Of a DNA stretch of 54,589 nucleotides, positions 27,920 to 36,787 are shown piece by piece; within the stretch, counting starts at the first letter, position 1, and each line of letters starts with the position of its first letter. The position numbers and the translations under genes were made by a program. The notes beneath the pieces were generated by a model. It worked only from the letters and a program-made list of their open reading frames with translations. It was not told the origin of the DNA and made no database searches. The DNA comes from Bacteroidia bacterium (lineage in GTDB: Bacteria; Bacteroidota; Bacteroidia; Flavobacteriales; Flavobacteriaceae). The DNA is taken from contig JAHHLF010000141.1 of the NCBI GenBank assembly GCA_018679315.1, positions 1 to 54,589 on the forward strand, written 5' to 3'.

Positions 27920-29230
27920 TTATTTGATAAAGGTGTAACTGGCCCCAACCATGATCATGGATGTTTTCATGTCATAAGACACCTCGCTTCCGGGAATAGC
28001 CCCATATGGTGGGAAATTCCCGATAAATTGTGGGTTGAGCAGTTGCCCGGTTGTAGCATCTCCACTGCTGCCATAGTGGAATACACCATCGATAGTGAAT
28101 TTATCACTAGCCTCATAACTCAATCCGAATTGAAAGGCATTTTTTATAATAGCTGTCGCTGGTACACTAAAAAATGACAATTCCTCATTGATCGGGTTGG
28201 AACTATACGTATAGCCAAGACGCAGCGGCAGTTTGGAAATACCTTTATATTGTAGTCCAGCTGAAATGACAGAAATGCTCTCCCAGCCAAATCCGACTAC
28301 TGATGCGGTTGGGCTCCATCCAGCTGCTTCAAATCCTTCTGTATTTTCATAATCCACAAAGCGGTAATCTACGGCGAGATCAATATCTCCTGTTGAATAC
28401 CCGAGCCCTAACGACCATATAGAGGGGTAGTCTAATTGGAAATTACTTGTAGAAGTGCTATTGTCTAAATACGTATTGTCAAATTCAAATTCTTCAAAAG
28501 ATTGTGTGGTTTTATAGGCCGCACCGGCTTTAAAGCCGCTTCCGGAATCAAAATATACCCCAATTTGTCCGCCAAAACCTAGGGCGGTTGTTTCATCTGT
28601 TGATGGATATCCGGCCGCTGTTGGATTAGCAGTTGGGTTAGGCATTAATTCCAGAGACGAGTAATCAAAATTGGGCTGCAATCCAACAGAAAATTGATCG
28701 GACAGTTCATACGCCCAGGTAAAACTTACCTGAAGGAGATTATACTCGGATTGGACACGACCAAAACCGCCCATACTCTGAGGAGCTGTGATTGGGTTTG
28801 CCATGTTTTCGGGGAAGGTCACCCCAAAACCGCTGATACCAAAGGCTGATACCCCAAAGGTATGCTTGCTGCTTTCATTTCCCCAGACATAAGCTATAGA
28901 AGGAAGAGGTGATACACCTTTGTCATCTTCTGTGGTTCCGCTAAAGAAATTACCAGTTGGCATTCCCATAGAATCAAATTCAGGAACGGTTGAGCTCAAT
29001 TCAGGAGAGGAGAAGAAAAACCCTATATCCGCCTTAAGGATATTGTTATCAAATGTGGAGAGCGCAGCCGGATTCCAATGTATGGCCCCGGAAATATCCA
29101 GCGGCTGACCTGTGGCAGCCCCTCCCATAGACATGTTTACAGATCCAACCCCCTGCATAATATGACCTGCCTGGCCAAACAAGGCGGTTGTACCTAGTAA
29201 AACAAATGCGTAAAAGATTGATTTATTCAT
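27920..29230 (-). CDS. Outer membrane transport protein, OMPP1/FadL/TodX family
   Basis: It has a signal peptide, the Gly-rich N-terminal hatch MQGVGSVNMSMGGAATG, alternating beta-strand pattern and a C-terminal aromatic residue (YTFIK). Confidence 0.62.
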   Translation of the reverse strand: MNKSIFYAFVLLGTTALFGQAGHIMQGVGSVNMSMGGAATGQPLDISGAIHWNPAALSTFDNNILKADIGFFFSSPELSSTVPEFDSMGMPTGNFFSGTTEDDKGVSPLPSIAYVWGNESSKHTFGVSAFGISGFGVTFPENMANPITAPQSMGGFGRVQSEYNLLQVSFTWAYELSDQFSVGLQPNFDYSSLELMPNPTANPTAAGYPSTDETTALGFGGQIGVYFDSGSGFKAGAAYKTTQSFEEFEFDNTYLDNSTSTSNFQLDYPSIWSLGLGYSTGDIDLAVDYRFVDYENTEGFEAAGWSPTASVVGFGWESISVISAGLQYKGISKLPLRLGYTYSSNPINEELSFFSVPATAIIKNAFQFGLSYEASDKFTIDGVFHYGSSGDATTGQLLNPQFIGNFPPYGAIPGSEVSYDMKTSMIMVGASYTFIK

Positions 29231-29751
29231 GATGTTATAGTTTAGTAAGAGAAAAAAGCAGGAATAAAACCCCGGCTTATTTCTGAAAATTTTTGTTCCA
29301 ATTAGTTAAAATTCTGGATAAAAGTATTCGAGGAAATCCTGCTTTTGTATGACGAAAGTCATAAAAAAGAATAAGGATTATTCGAATGATTCAAAATACT
29401 GAAAAACAGTTATTTATGTATGTAACAAAGGTTGCACAACTATGAAAAAATTAGTGTGAATACGTGAGGGTTCTTATGCAGTGGTTTCGGATTTGGAGAA
29501 GCACAGTGATAGTGTCCCCGAGGCAGGACTTATGCTGACCTTTAGTGTCAGTATGAATCCCAATATCTCATTTTGAACAAGAAAAGCTACTCCTTCTGGA
29601 TAATTAAATTGTTGATTTCCATTATGCCCAAGAAAGCTCAAGGCCCACCACGATTTCGTACAGCAAAAAGGTTGTCAAAACCTTGTCCGGATGGTAAAAG
29701 TTTCTCTAATCCGGTTTATTTGGTTTAAATTTATAAGAAACAACAGAAATC

Positions 29752-29883
29752 GTGGGAAGTAAATATTTCGGTAATAAACACGAGAATAAAACTTCAAGTA
29801 AGAAGACCAAGGGTACTCCAACTAAAAAAGGTAGAGGAAAGAAAGTTGGAGCCGGAATCCGTAAAGTAGGTCGGGGTAAATAA
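29752..29883 (+). CDS. Possible small basic protein (43 aa, Lys/Gly-rich), GTG start
   Basis: My own translation is MGSKYFGNKHENKTSSKKTKGTPTKKGRGKKVGAGIRKVGRGK. An in-frame TAA lies at 29734 upstream, and the ORF is below the track cutoff. There is no homology evidence, and the promoter-like TTTG/TAAATTTA motifs nearby are poorly spaced. Confidence 0.25.
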   Translation: MGSKYFGNKHENKTSSKKTKGTPTKKGRGKKVGAGIRKVGRGK

Positions 29884-30003
29884 TGAAGTTTATTTGATTC
29901 ACATCAACAACGGTTTGCATCCTACCAAACTCGATATCTATCTATTCTCAAAACTTCCTGACATCCTTCAGTATATAAAGCGTTTTAGCAGGAATTGTTT
30001 AAT

Positions 30004-31473
30004 TCACAGAGCCCCTCGTTCAGCGTGCTGTCTTTCCGCCTCTTCCTGCTCACGAGACATATCTTCCAAAGTTCTGCCTTTGGTTTCTTTAACAAACGAT
30101 TTGACAAAGAAATAGGCCACTAAGCCAAAGAGTGCATAAACTCCATAGGAAACACCCAGACCTAAATATGTCAGCATAATGGGGAAAGTCATGGTTATAG
30201 TAAAGTTGGATCCCCACTGGGCTATTCCGCAAACAGCCAACGCAGCTCCTCTGTATTGATTTGGAAACATTTCGCCCAGCATAACCCACATTACCGGACC
30301 CCATGAGGCTGCAAAAAAGGCAATGTAAGCATTAGCCGCTATTAAGGCATAGGTGCCATTATTTCCTTCCAAAATAAGATTATTTGCACTATCCAGGGTT
30401 GCCGTTCCGAATAGATAGGCAAGTACTCCTAGCATTACCGCCTGCCCAATCGAACCCACTAGCAATAAAGGTTTTCTGCCAACCTTATCTATCAGAATAA
30501 TAGCCACAAAAGTGAAAAATATATTAACACTTCCACTTATGACATTGGTAAGTAACGCATCGGCCTCTGTAAATCCTGCGGCTTGCCAGAGTGTAGCACC
30601 ATAATAAAAAATCACATTAATACCCGTAAACTGTTGAAGTACCGCAATTCCAATACCAACCCAAACTAAGGGATGAATTTTGCCGCTATATTTACTGATG
30701 ATGTCACTGAGTTTGGGACGGCTATCCTCTCTTACCGTTGATTTTATATCCGCAACCTTTGCAGTGGCTTCTATGGCATTGCTAATAGTAGAAAGTACTT
30801 TGTGCGCTTTTTCGGATTGGTTTGAAGCCACTAGATACCTTGGTGATTCAGGGATGAAAAGAAGCACAATCACGAATATAGATGCCGGTAGTATTTCAGC
30901 CCAAAACATCCATGACCAGGTCTGATATCCCATCCAAAGCACTTCTTCAGCACCACCGGAGAGCCCAACAAGTGAATAATTACTCATAAATGCCACAAAC
31001 AGACCAATTACAATCATTAGTTGTTGTAATGTAGCCAGCCGGCCTCTGATTTTCGAAGGCGCAATTTCACTGATATAAAGTGGTGCCAATATACTGGCTG
31101 CACCTACAGCTACTCCACCAACTAATCGATACATAACAAACTCCAATGAACCTTCAGAGATACCCGAACCCCAGGCACTGATGATAAAAATGAAAGCTGC
31201 GGTCAACATCATTGGCTTTCTTCCGAACCTGTCAGCCAATGTACCGGCGAAAAAGGCACCCACAACGCAACCCAGGAGTACCGAGGCAACATTAAATCCC
31301 GTTCCTGCGGCATCTGAGTCAAATGCCACCTGTAGGGCATCGACAGTACCATTTATTACTCCGCTATCAAACCCAAACAAAAATCCACCTATCGCGGCGA
31401 CGAAAGCCAAGAAGATGACCTTAGGTAAATTGTAACTCTCAATGTGCGTGGATTCTTTCTGCTGATCACTCAT
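30004..31473 (-). CDS. Sugar-porter-family MFS transporter (XylE/GalP-like)
   Basis: It has 12 TM helices and the motifs DRFGRKP, PESPRYL and VKETKGRTLEDM. Confidence 0.9.
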   Translation of the reverse strand: MSDQQKESTHIESYNLPKVIFLAFVAAIGGFLFGFDSGVINGTVDALQVAFDSDAAGTGFNVASVLLGCVVGAFFAGTLADRFGRKPMMLTAAFIFIISAWGSGISEGSLEFVMYRLVGGVAVGAASILAPLYISEIAPSKIRGRLATLQQLMIVIGLFVAFMSNYSLVGLSGGAEEVLWMGYQTWSWMFWAEILPASIFVIVLLFIPESPRYLVASNQSEKAHKVLSTISNAIEATAKVADIKSTVREDSRPKLSDIISKYSGKIHPLVWVGIGIAVLQQFTGINVIFYYGATLWQAAGFTEADALLTNVISGSVNIFFTFVAIILIDKVGRKPLLLVGSIGQAVMLGVLAYLFGTATLDSANNLILEGNNGTYALIAANAYIAFFAASWGPVMWVMLGEMFPNQYRGAALAVCGIAQWGSNFTITMTFPIMLTYLGLGVSYGVYALFGLVAYFFVKSFVKETKGRTLEDMSREQEEAERQHAERGAL

Positions 31474-31905
31474 TTTGTAAAAAGGTTAAGTAGGGATACT
31501 TGTGCCCGTGTTAGTTTTCGAATTAATTGGTCAATTTCCGCTACTTAGTAACTGCTGCTTGGTTGGCATGAGCAAGAATACTGATGGATATTGGTTCAAA
31601 GGCCACAAGCTAAACAAAAACTTGCAATCATCGAACAATATCGAAATAAAAGAAAATATTATAAACCATTTTGAAAAGTCCATTGGGTTTTCGAAAAATT
31701 GGGAATTACTCTTTAGTATGGCTTTTTAAGGATATTAAATTATATTTAAGTTCGTATTTTCGTGGATAGTCATTTTTTCAATAAAACTGTATGTCTGCAT
31801 GGTGAATAATCCATGTTTATAATAATACCAGTGAATCAAGGCATATCTGTTCTAGAATAAAAATCAATTCACTCTTTTATTAATCCATTCTAAAGTTAAT
31901 ACATC

Positions 31906-33417
31906 ATGAGTAAGACCAAAAAAGAAAAAAAATTAACTCGCCGGGATTTTATTGACACAACCTTAACTGCATCGGCAGCTTTTACTATTGTGCCATCTTT
32001 CGCAATTAGCGGCTTGGGACATACAGCACCCAGTGATAAATTGAACATTGCCGGTATAGGCGTTGGAGGGATGGGTCTTGCTAACCTTAAAAACTTGACA
32101 TCGCAAAATATAGTTGGCTTGTGTGATGTTGACTGGAAATATGCTAAAGGTGCATTTGATCAGTTCCCAAAAGCAAAAAAGTATTGGGATTGGCGCAAAA
32201 TGTTTGATGAAATGGGTGGTGAAATTGACGGAATTGTTGTTGCAACTGCCGACCATACCCATGCCATTATTTCGGCTCATGCCATGACACTGGGAAAACA
32301 TGTTTATCTGCAAAAGCCGTTAACGCATTCTGTATATGAATCTAGATTGTTGTCCAAACTTGCTGCCGAGAACAAAGTTGCCACCCAGATGGGTAATCAA
32401 GGAGCTTCAGGTGCAGGTGTTGCAGAAACTTGTGAAATTTTATGGAGCGGCGCGATCGGTGATATAACAAGAGTTGAATCATTCACTGACCGCCCAATTT
32501 GGCCACAAGGGTTAAATACTCCTGAGAAAGGGGATTGGGTTCCTGAAACATTAAATTGGGATTTGTTTACTGGCCCTGCTAAAATGCGTCCTTTCAGTGA
32601 AGTTTACCACCCTTGGAATTGGAGGGGATGGTGGGATTATGGTACTGGTGCATTGGGTGACATGGCTTGTCATGTCCTGCATCCTGTTTTTGAAGGCCTT
32701 AAATTAGGCCACCCTTCTCAAGTTCAGGCAAGTTCTTCTTTGCTATTAAATGATTCTGCACCCGTTTCCCAGGCTGTTAAGATGACTTTTCCTGCTAGAG
32801 GAAGGCACGGTAAAATGAAATTGCCAGAAGTAGATGTGCACTGGTACGATGGTGGTGTAAAACCTATGTTACCAGATAATTGGCCCGCTGGAAAGAACCC
32901 TAATAAGAGTGGTGGTGGAACATACTTCTACGGCACTAAAGATATTCTTCATACAGGGTGTTATGGTATTGAACCAGAATTATTATCTGGTAAGAAAATT
33001 AATGTTCCCAAAACTGAAAGAAGAGTCGAGGAAGAAATGAAGCTTTCCTGGAGTGGAGGTGCTCATGAAATGGATTGGGTACGAGCATGTAAAGAGAACC
33101 CTGAAAGCAGAAAGCCATGTACTTCTGATTTCGCTGAGGCCGGTCCATTCAACGAAATGGTGGTAATGGGTGTACTTGCTGTTCGTTTGCAGGCTTTGAA
33201 TAAGACCTTGAATTGGGACGGAGAGAATATGAAGTTCACGAATATCGGTGCAAACGAGGAAATTAGAACAGTTATCAGAGACGGATTTAAGATTCATGAT
33301 GGGCACCCAACTTTTAACAAGGATTGGACTGAACCTATGAATGCAATTGAGTATTCTCAAGAGCTCGTCAAACATACATATAGAGAGGGCTGGTCTTTAC
33401 CGGATATGCCTAAATAA
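31906..33417 (+). CDS. Tat-exported Gfo/Idh/MocA-family oxidoreductase
   Basis: The twin-arginine leader is KKLTRRDFIDTTLTASAAFTIVPSFA. The Rossmann motif is IAGIGVGGMG, with EKP-like LQKP and a C-terminal GFO_IDH_MocA-type domain. Confidence 0.88.
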   Translation: MSKTKKEKKLTRRDFIDTTLTASAAFTIVPSFAISGLGHTAPSDKLNIAGIGVGGMGLANLKNLTSQNIVGLCDVDWKYAKGAFDQFPKAKKYWDWRKMFDEMGGEIDGIVVATADHTHAIISAHAMTLGKHVYLQKPLTHSVYESRLLSKLAAENKVATQMGNQGASGAGVAETCEILWSGAIGDITRVESFTDRPIWPQGLNTPEKGDWVPETLNWDLFTGPAKMRPFSEVYHPWNWRGWWDYGTGALGDMACHVLHPVFEGLKLGHPSQVQASSSLLLNDSAPVSQAVKMTFPARGRHGKMKLPEVDVHWYDGGVKPMLPDNWPAGKNPNKSGGGTYFYGTKDILHTGCYGIEPELLSGKKINVPKTERRVEEEMKLSWSGGAHEMDWVRACKENPESRKPCTSDFAEAGPFNEMVVMGVLAVRLQALNKTLNWDGENMKFTNIGANEEIRTVIRDGFKIHDGHPTFNKDWTEPMNAIEYSQELVKHTYREGWSLPDMPK

Positions 33418-33453
33418 TAGTTTTTAAATAGTTCATTTCAAAGTAAAATTAAT

Positions 33454-34257
33454 ATGATGAAAAAAATAAGTTTAGTTGTAATATCAAGTCTAATTATGCT
33501 TCCTCTTATATCAAGCTGTAAAAATAAGACTGATAAAAAAGAAGAAGCTGAAGTAGTAGAAACTGAAGTAAAAGTGGAAACAGAAGCTCCTGTGAACTCA
33601 CTTACCCAAGCCGAAAAAGATGATGGATGGGTTATGCTTTTTGATGGAGAAACATCTGAAGGATGGAGAGGTTATAAAAAAGATAATTTTCCTAGCGGTT
33701 GGCAAATTGTCGATGGCTCACTTCAATGTATAGGATCTGGACGTGGGGAAGCAGGAAGCAAGGAAGGCGGAGATATCATTTATGATAAAATGTATCAGAA
33801 TTTTAACCTTAGTCTAGAATGGAAAATTTCTGAAGGAGGCAACTCAGGTATCTTTTATCTTGGCCAGGAAGAACTTGATTATATATGGAAAACAGCTCCG
33901 GAAATGCAAGTATTGGATAATGATAAACACCCTGATGCCAAACTAGGAAAAGATGGTAACCGTATGGCTGGATCATTATATGACCTAATTCCAGCAAAGC
34001 CTCAAAATGCAAAGCCAGTAGGAGAATGGAACAAAGTAGAACTTATAGTTTATAAAGGAACGGTAGTGCACAAAATGAATGGTGAGACGGTTGTTGAATA
34101 TCATTTATGGACACCTGAATGGAATGAAATGGTTGCAACTAGTAAGTTTCCGGGCCTTAATCCTGAATGGGCTGATGTTGCCTCAAAAGGATTCATTGGA
34201 CTCCAAGACCATGGTGATGATGTTTGGTTTAGAAATATAAAGATTAAAGAGCTTTAA
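33454..34257 (+). CDS. DUF1080 (3-keto-disaccharide hydrolase family) lipoprotein
   Basis: A lipobox LISSC precedes a Glu/Lys linker. The single DUF1080 module shows GW..LFDG....GWRGY, NSGI.Y and LQDHGDDVWFRNIKIKEL. Confidence 0.85.
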   Translation: MMKKISLVVISSLIMLPLISSCKNKTDKKEEAEVVETEVKVETEAPVNSLTQAEKDDGWVMLFDGETSEGWRGYKKDNFPSGWQIVDGSLQCIGSGRGEAGSKEGGDIIYDKMYQNFNLSLEWKISEGGNSGIFYLGQEELDYIWKTAPEMQVLDNDKHPDAKLGKDGNRMAGSLYDLIPAKPQNAKPVGEWNKVELIVYKGTVVHKMNGETVVEYHLWTPEWNEMVATSKFPGLNPEWADVASKGFIGLQDHGDDVWFRNIKIKEL

Positions 34258-34277
34258 TAAGGAGCTTTTAAAAGTTT

Positions 34278-34325
34278 GAGACTGTTTGGAGAACTGTATG
34301 TATCCAAACAGTCTCTTTTTATTTT
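34278..34325 (+). terminator. Rho-independent terminator after the DUF1080 gene
   Basis: A perfect 13-bp stem gagactgtttgga/tccaaacagtctc (34278-34290 / 34303-34315) is followed by tttttatttt. Confidence 0.85.
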
Positions 34326-34386
34326 AACCCAAGAGTCAAGTGTTCATCCCGCTTACTTTGCCAACCACATGATCATTTAAAAAGTT

Positions 34387-35646
34387 TCAGGCAATAACTG
34401 CTGGATGAGTTGGGAGGGTGCTGGGTAATTCAAAAATTTCAAGATCAAAATAAGGCACAGCTGCCAGTAAATGATCAAATATATCTGCCATAATATACTC
34501 GTAATTCTGCCAGCGCTTATCACTGCTAAAAGTATAGATCTCTATAGGTATACCCTGGGGTGTTGGATCGAGTTGCCGGGTCATTAGCGTCATATCTTTA
34601 TTCAATGCGCTGTGATCTTCCAGATAAGTTTGTACATACTTTCTAAATACACCAATATTGGTAAGATTCCGCCCATTGATCTTGAGCGTTGTGTCGATCT
34701 CATTTTCTTGGTTGAACGTCCTGATCTTTTTCGTGGCTGATGTCAGATAGTTACTGATGAGCTGAATATTCTTTAACCGCTCTACATCTTCCTCTGTTAG
34801 GTACTTTATGTTGCTTTGCTTTAGAATAAGTGCTCTTTTGATACGTCTTCCTCCAGATTCTGTCATTCCCCTCCAATTCTTAAATGAGTCGGAGATAAGC
34901 GCATAGGTAGGAATGGTCGTGATGGTTTTATCCCAATTCCGGACTTTTACCGTGGCCAGGTTTATTTCATTCACTTCGCCATCCGCTCCGTACTTTTCAA
35001 AGGAGATCCAGTCGCCGATCCGTACCATATCGTTGATACTCACCTGTATACTCGCAACGAAGCCAAGGATAGAATCCTTAAAGATCAAAAGAATGACGGC
35101 AGAGGCTGCCCCCATTGCAGTAACAAATTTCCAGATGGTCGTATCTGTAAGGATCGCAAAAATGGTCATCAGACCTGCTATCCAAAGGAATATCATAAAG
35201 ACCTGGATGTAGCTGTCTATCGGTTTATCACGGAATTGTTCTAAGGTTTTCAGATAATCCTTTATGCTGTTTAGCAGGCTTTTTACGATATAAAGTACCA
35301 GGATAACGCCTAGCACATAGGCCATTTTGATCGCGATATTTTCCGCATATTGAAAATCGATAAAAACAACAGGCAAGAACTCCATGAGAAATGCCAGCGG
35401 AATAATATGCGCCAGATAGCGCGGTACACGATTATTAATGACGATATCGTCAAAGTCCGTCTTTGTTGCCCGTGCCAGGCGTACAGAGATCAACCTGAAT
35501 ATTTTCCACACAATGAAGTCGATTATATAGACGAGGACTATAGCTGCAAGTAGCAGCCCAATAGCATTCAGGTAGCTGGCGGTGTTCTCGGCCATTCCTT
35601 GCTCAACAAAATAATCATAGAGTATGTGGTTGAAATTAGTTTTCAT
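34387..35646 (-). CDS. Mechanosensitive ion channel protein, MscS family
   Basis: N-terminal TM helices are followed by the MscS beta-domain pattern (INDMVRIGDWISFEKYGADGEVNEINLATVKVRNWDKTITTIPT). The ATG at 35646 (MKTNFNH) is preferred to 35697. Confidence 0.82.
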   Translation of the reverse strand: MKTNFNHILYDYFVEQGMAENTASYLNAIGLLLAAIVLVYIIDFIVWKIFRLISVRLARATKTDFDDIVINNRVPRYLAHIIPLAFLMEFLPVVFIDFQYAENIAIKMAYVLGVILVLYIVKSLLNSIKDYLKTLEQFRDKPIDSYIQVFMIFLWIAGLMTIFAILTDTTIWKFVTAMGAASAVILLIFKDSILGFVASIQVSINDMVRIGDWISFEKYGADGEVNEINLATVKVRNWDKTITTIPTYALISDSFKNWRGMTESGGRRIKRALILKQSNIKYLTEEDVERLKNIQLISNYLTSATKKIRTFNQENEIDTTLKINGRNLTNIGVFRKYVQTYLEDHSALNKDMTLMTRQLDPTPQGIPIEIYTFSSDKRWQNYEYIMADIFDHLLAAVPYFDLEIFELPSTLPTHPAVIA

Positions 35647-35746
35647 CAGAAAAATCTTTAGGCTAAAGTACAGCCAAAATTTGATTTTATCTGGCATTCA
35701 GGCATACACGTTTTTAACGGCTGTAAACTTCTCTTATCTTTAAGGT

Positions 35747-36505
35747 ATGTACGACTTAACTGGAAAACAGATCCTGGTCACCGGTGCTTCTAAAGGTATC
35801 GGAAAGGCCATTGCACGACAACTATTACGACAAGGGGCTCATATAGGACTGCATTACAATCGTTCTGCCCAGGGAGTTGAGGAGCTTATTGAAGAATTCG
35901 GTGCCGAGCGCACGCTTCCTATACAAGCCGATCTCGAGGAGCGCAAGCATACGGAAGCCTTGTTTCAGGTCGCTCTGAAGCAAATGAAGAACATAGAATC
36001 GGTAGTTCTCAATGCAGGTATTTTTGAACCTCACTTTATTGACGACCCTCTGGATTCCTGGTTAAAAGTCTGGCAGAGAACTATAAAGATCAACTTGGAA
36101 TCAGCTGGGATTTTGACCAAGTTATTCCTCGAACATTTTCAGAAAAAGAAACAAGGAAGGCTTATTTACATAAGCAGCCGTGCTGCACTCAGGGGTGAAA
36201 CAGAAGAATACCTGGCATACGCGGCTAGCAAAGGCGGACTTAGTTCCTTAGCTAAAACCGTGGCCCGTTCGTTTGGGAAGTATAATATCAAGGCATTTGT
36301 GGTGGCGCCCGGATTTATAAAGACGGATATGGCTATGGAAGCTATTTCCAAAATTGGTGAAGAAAAGGTTCTGGATGAACTGGCATTGAACAGATTGACC
36401 ACTCCGGAGGACATTGCCCCGCTTGTAGCCTTGTTATGCAGTGGTCAGTTAGATCACTCAACGGGCACAACTATAGATATTAATGCAGGCAGTCATATTC
36501 GCTGA
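35747..36505 (+). CDS. SDR-family oxidoreductase
   Basis: It has TGASKGIGKA, NAG and catalytic YAASK motifs, 252 aa. Confidence 0.88.
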   Translation: MYDLTGKQILVTGASKGIGKAIARQLLRQGAHIGLHYNRSAQGVEELIEEFGAERTLPIQADLEERKHTEALFQVALKQMKNIESVVLNAGIFEPHFIDDPLDSWLKVWQRTIKINLESAGILTKLFLEHFQKKKQGRLIYISSRAALRGETEEYLAYAASKGGLSSLAKTVARSFGKYNIKAFVVAPGFIKTDMAMEAISKIGEEKVLDELALNRLTTPEDIAPLVALLCSGQLDHSTGTTIDINAGSHIR

Positions 36506-36787
36506 TAATCTGATCTTGAAGTATATATTTCATTTAATCAAATTAAAGCCCACTAGATCGGATAAATTTTGTGCCGATTTGTTTTGAGGCTCATTTGGTT
36601 ATTTTGAGCATACGGAAGCATCGAAATGGAATAGCTCTATGTCGTAAGCCCTTTCGCTCTAAGAAAGTGTGTTATTAGCCGATTCCTTTCGGCCTTAAAA
36701 ATTGTATGTCATAATTGAATTGGATATCTTGTAGTGATGCTAACCAGGGCTGTAACCTCCAAGAAGGCCTTCTAAGCACTACAATAG

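Noticed and set aside
197-28000. Antisense or out-of-frame ORFs inside confident genes elsewhere (e.g. 562..969, 4865..5266, 15174..15623, 20525..20911, 21446..21982, 22578..23000, 26381..26872, 27279..27635)
   Set aside because: Each lies wholly within a well-supported gene on the other strand or in another frame. None shows a motif, signal peptide or plausible start context.
29264-29342. RNase P RNA-like motifs (aaccccggcttat resembling the P4 3' strand, gaggaaatcc resembling GAGGAAAGUCC)
   Set aside because: The two motifs are in the wrong order and only about 60 nt apart, the region is AT-rich, and it is far too short for RNase P RNA. This is a chance resemblance.
31502-31729. 75-aa ORF in the divergent spacer, and the 73-aa ORF at 29894..30115
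   Set aside because: The first starts at GTG, lies in an AT-rich regulatory spacer and has no motifs. The second runs into and overlaps the 3' end of the MFS gene on the opposite strand. Both are probably spurious.
36730-36787. Purine/2'-dG riboswitch upstream of the deaminase-fold gene
   Set aside because: There is no three-way junction and no conserved loop-loop or binding-core nucleotides recognisable by eye. Only a simple helix is present, and it is kept as a generic leader structure in the findings.
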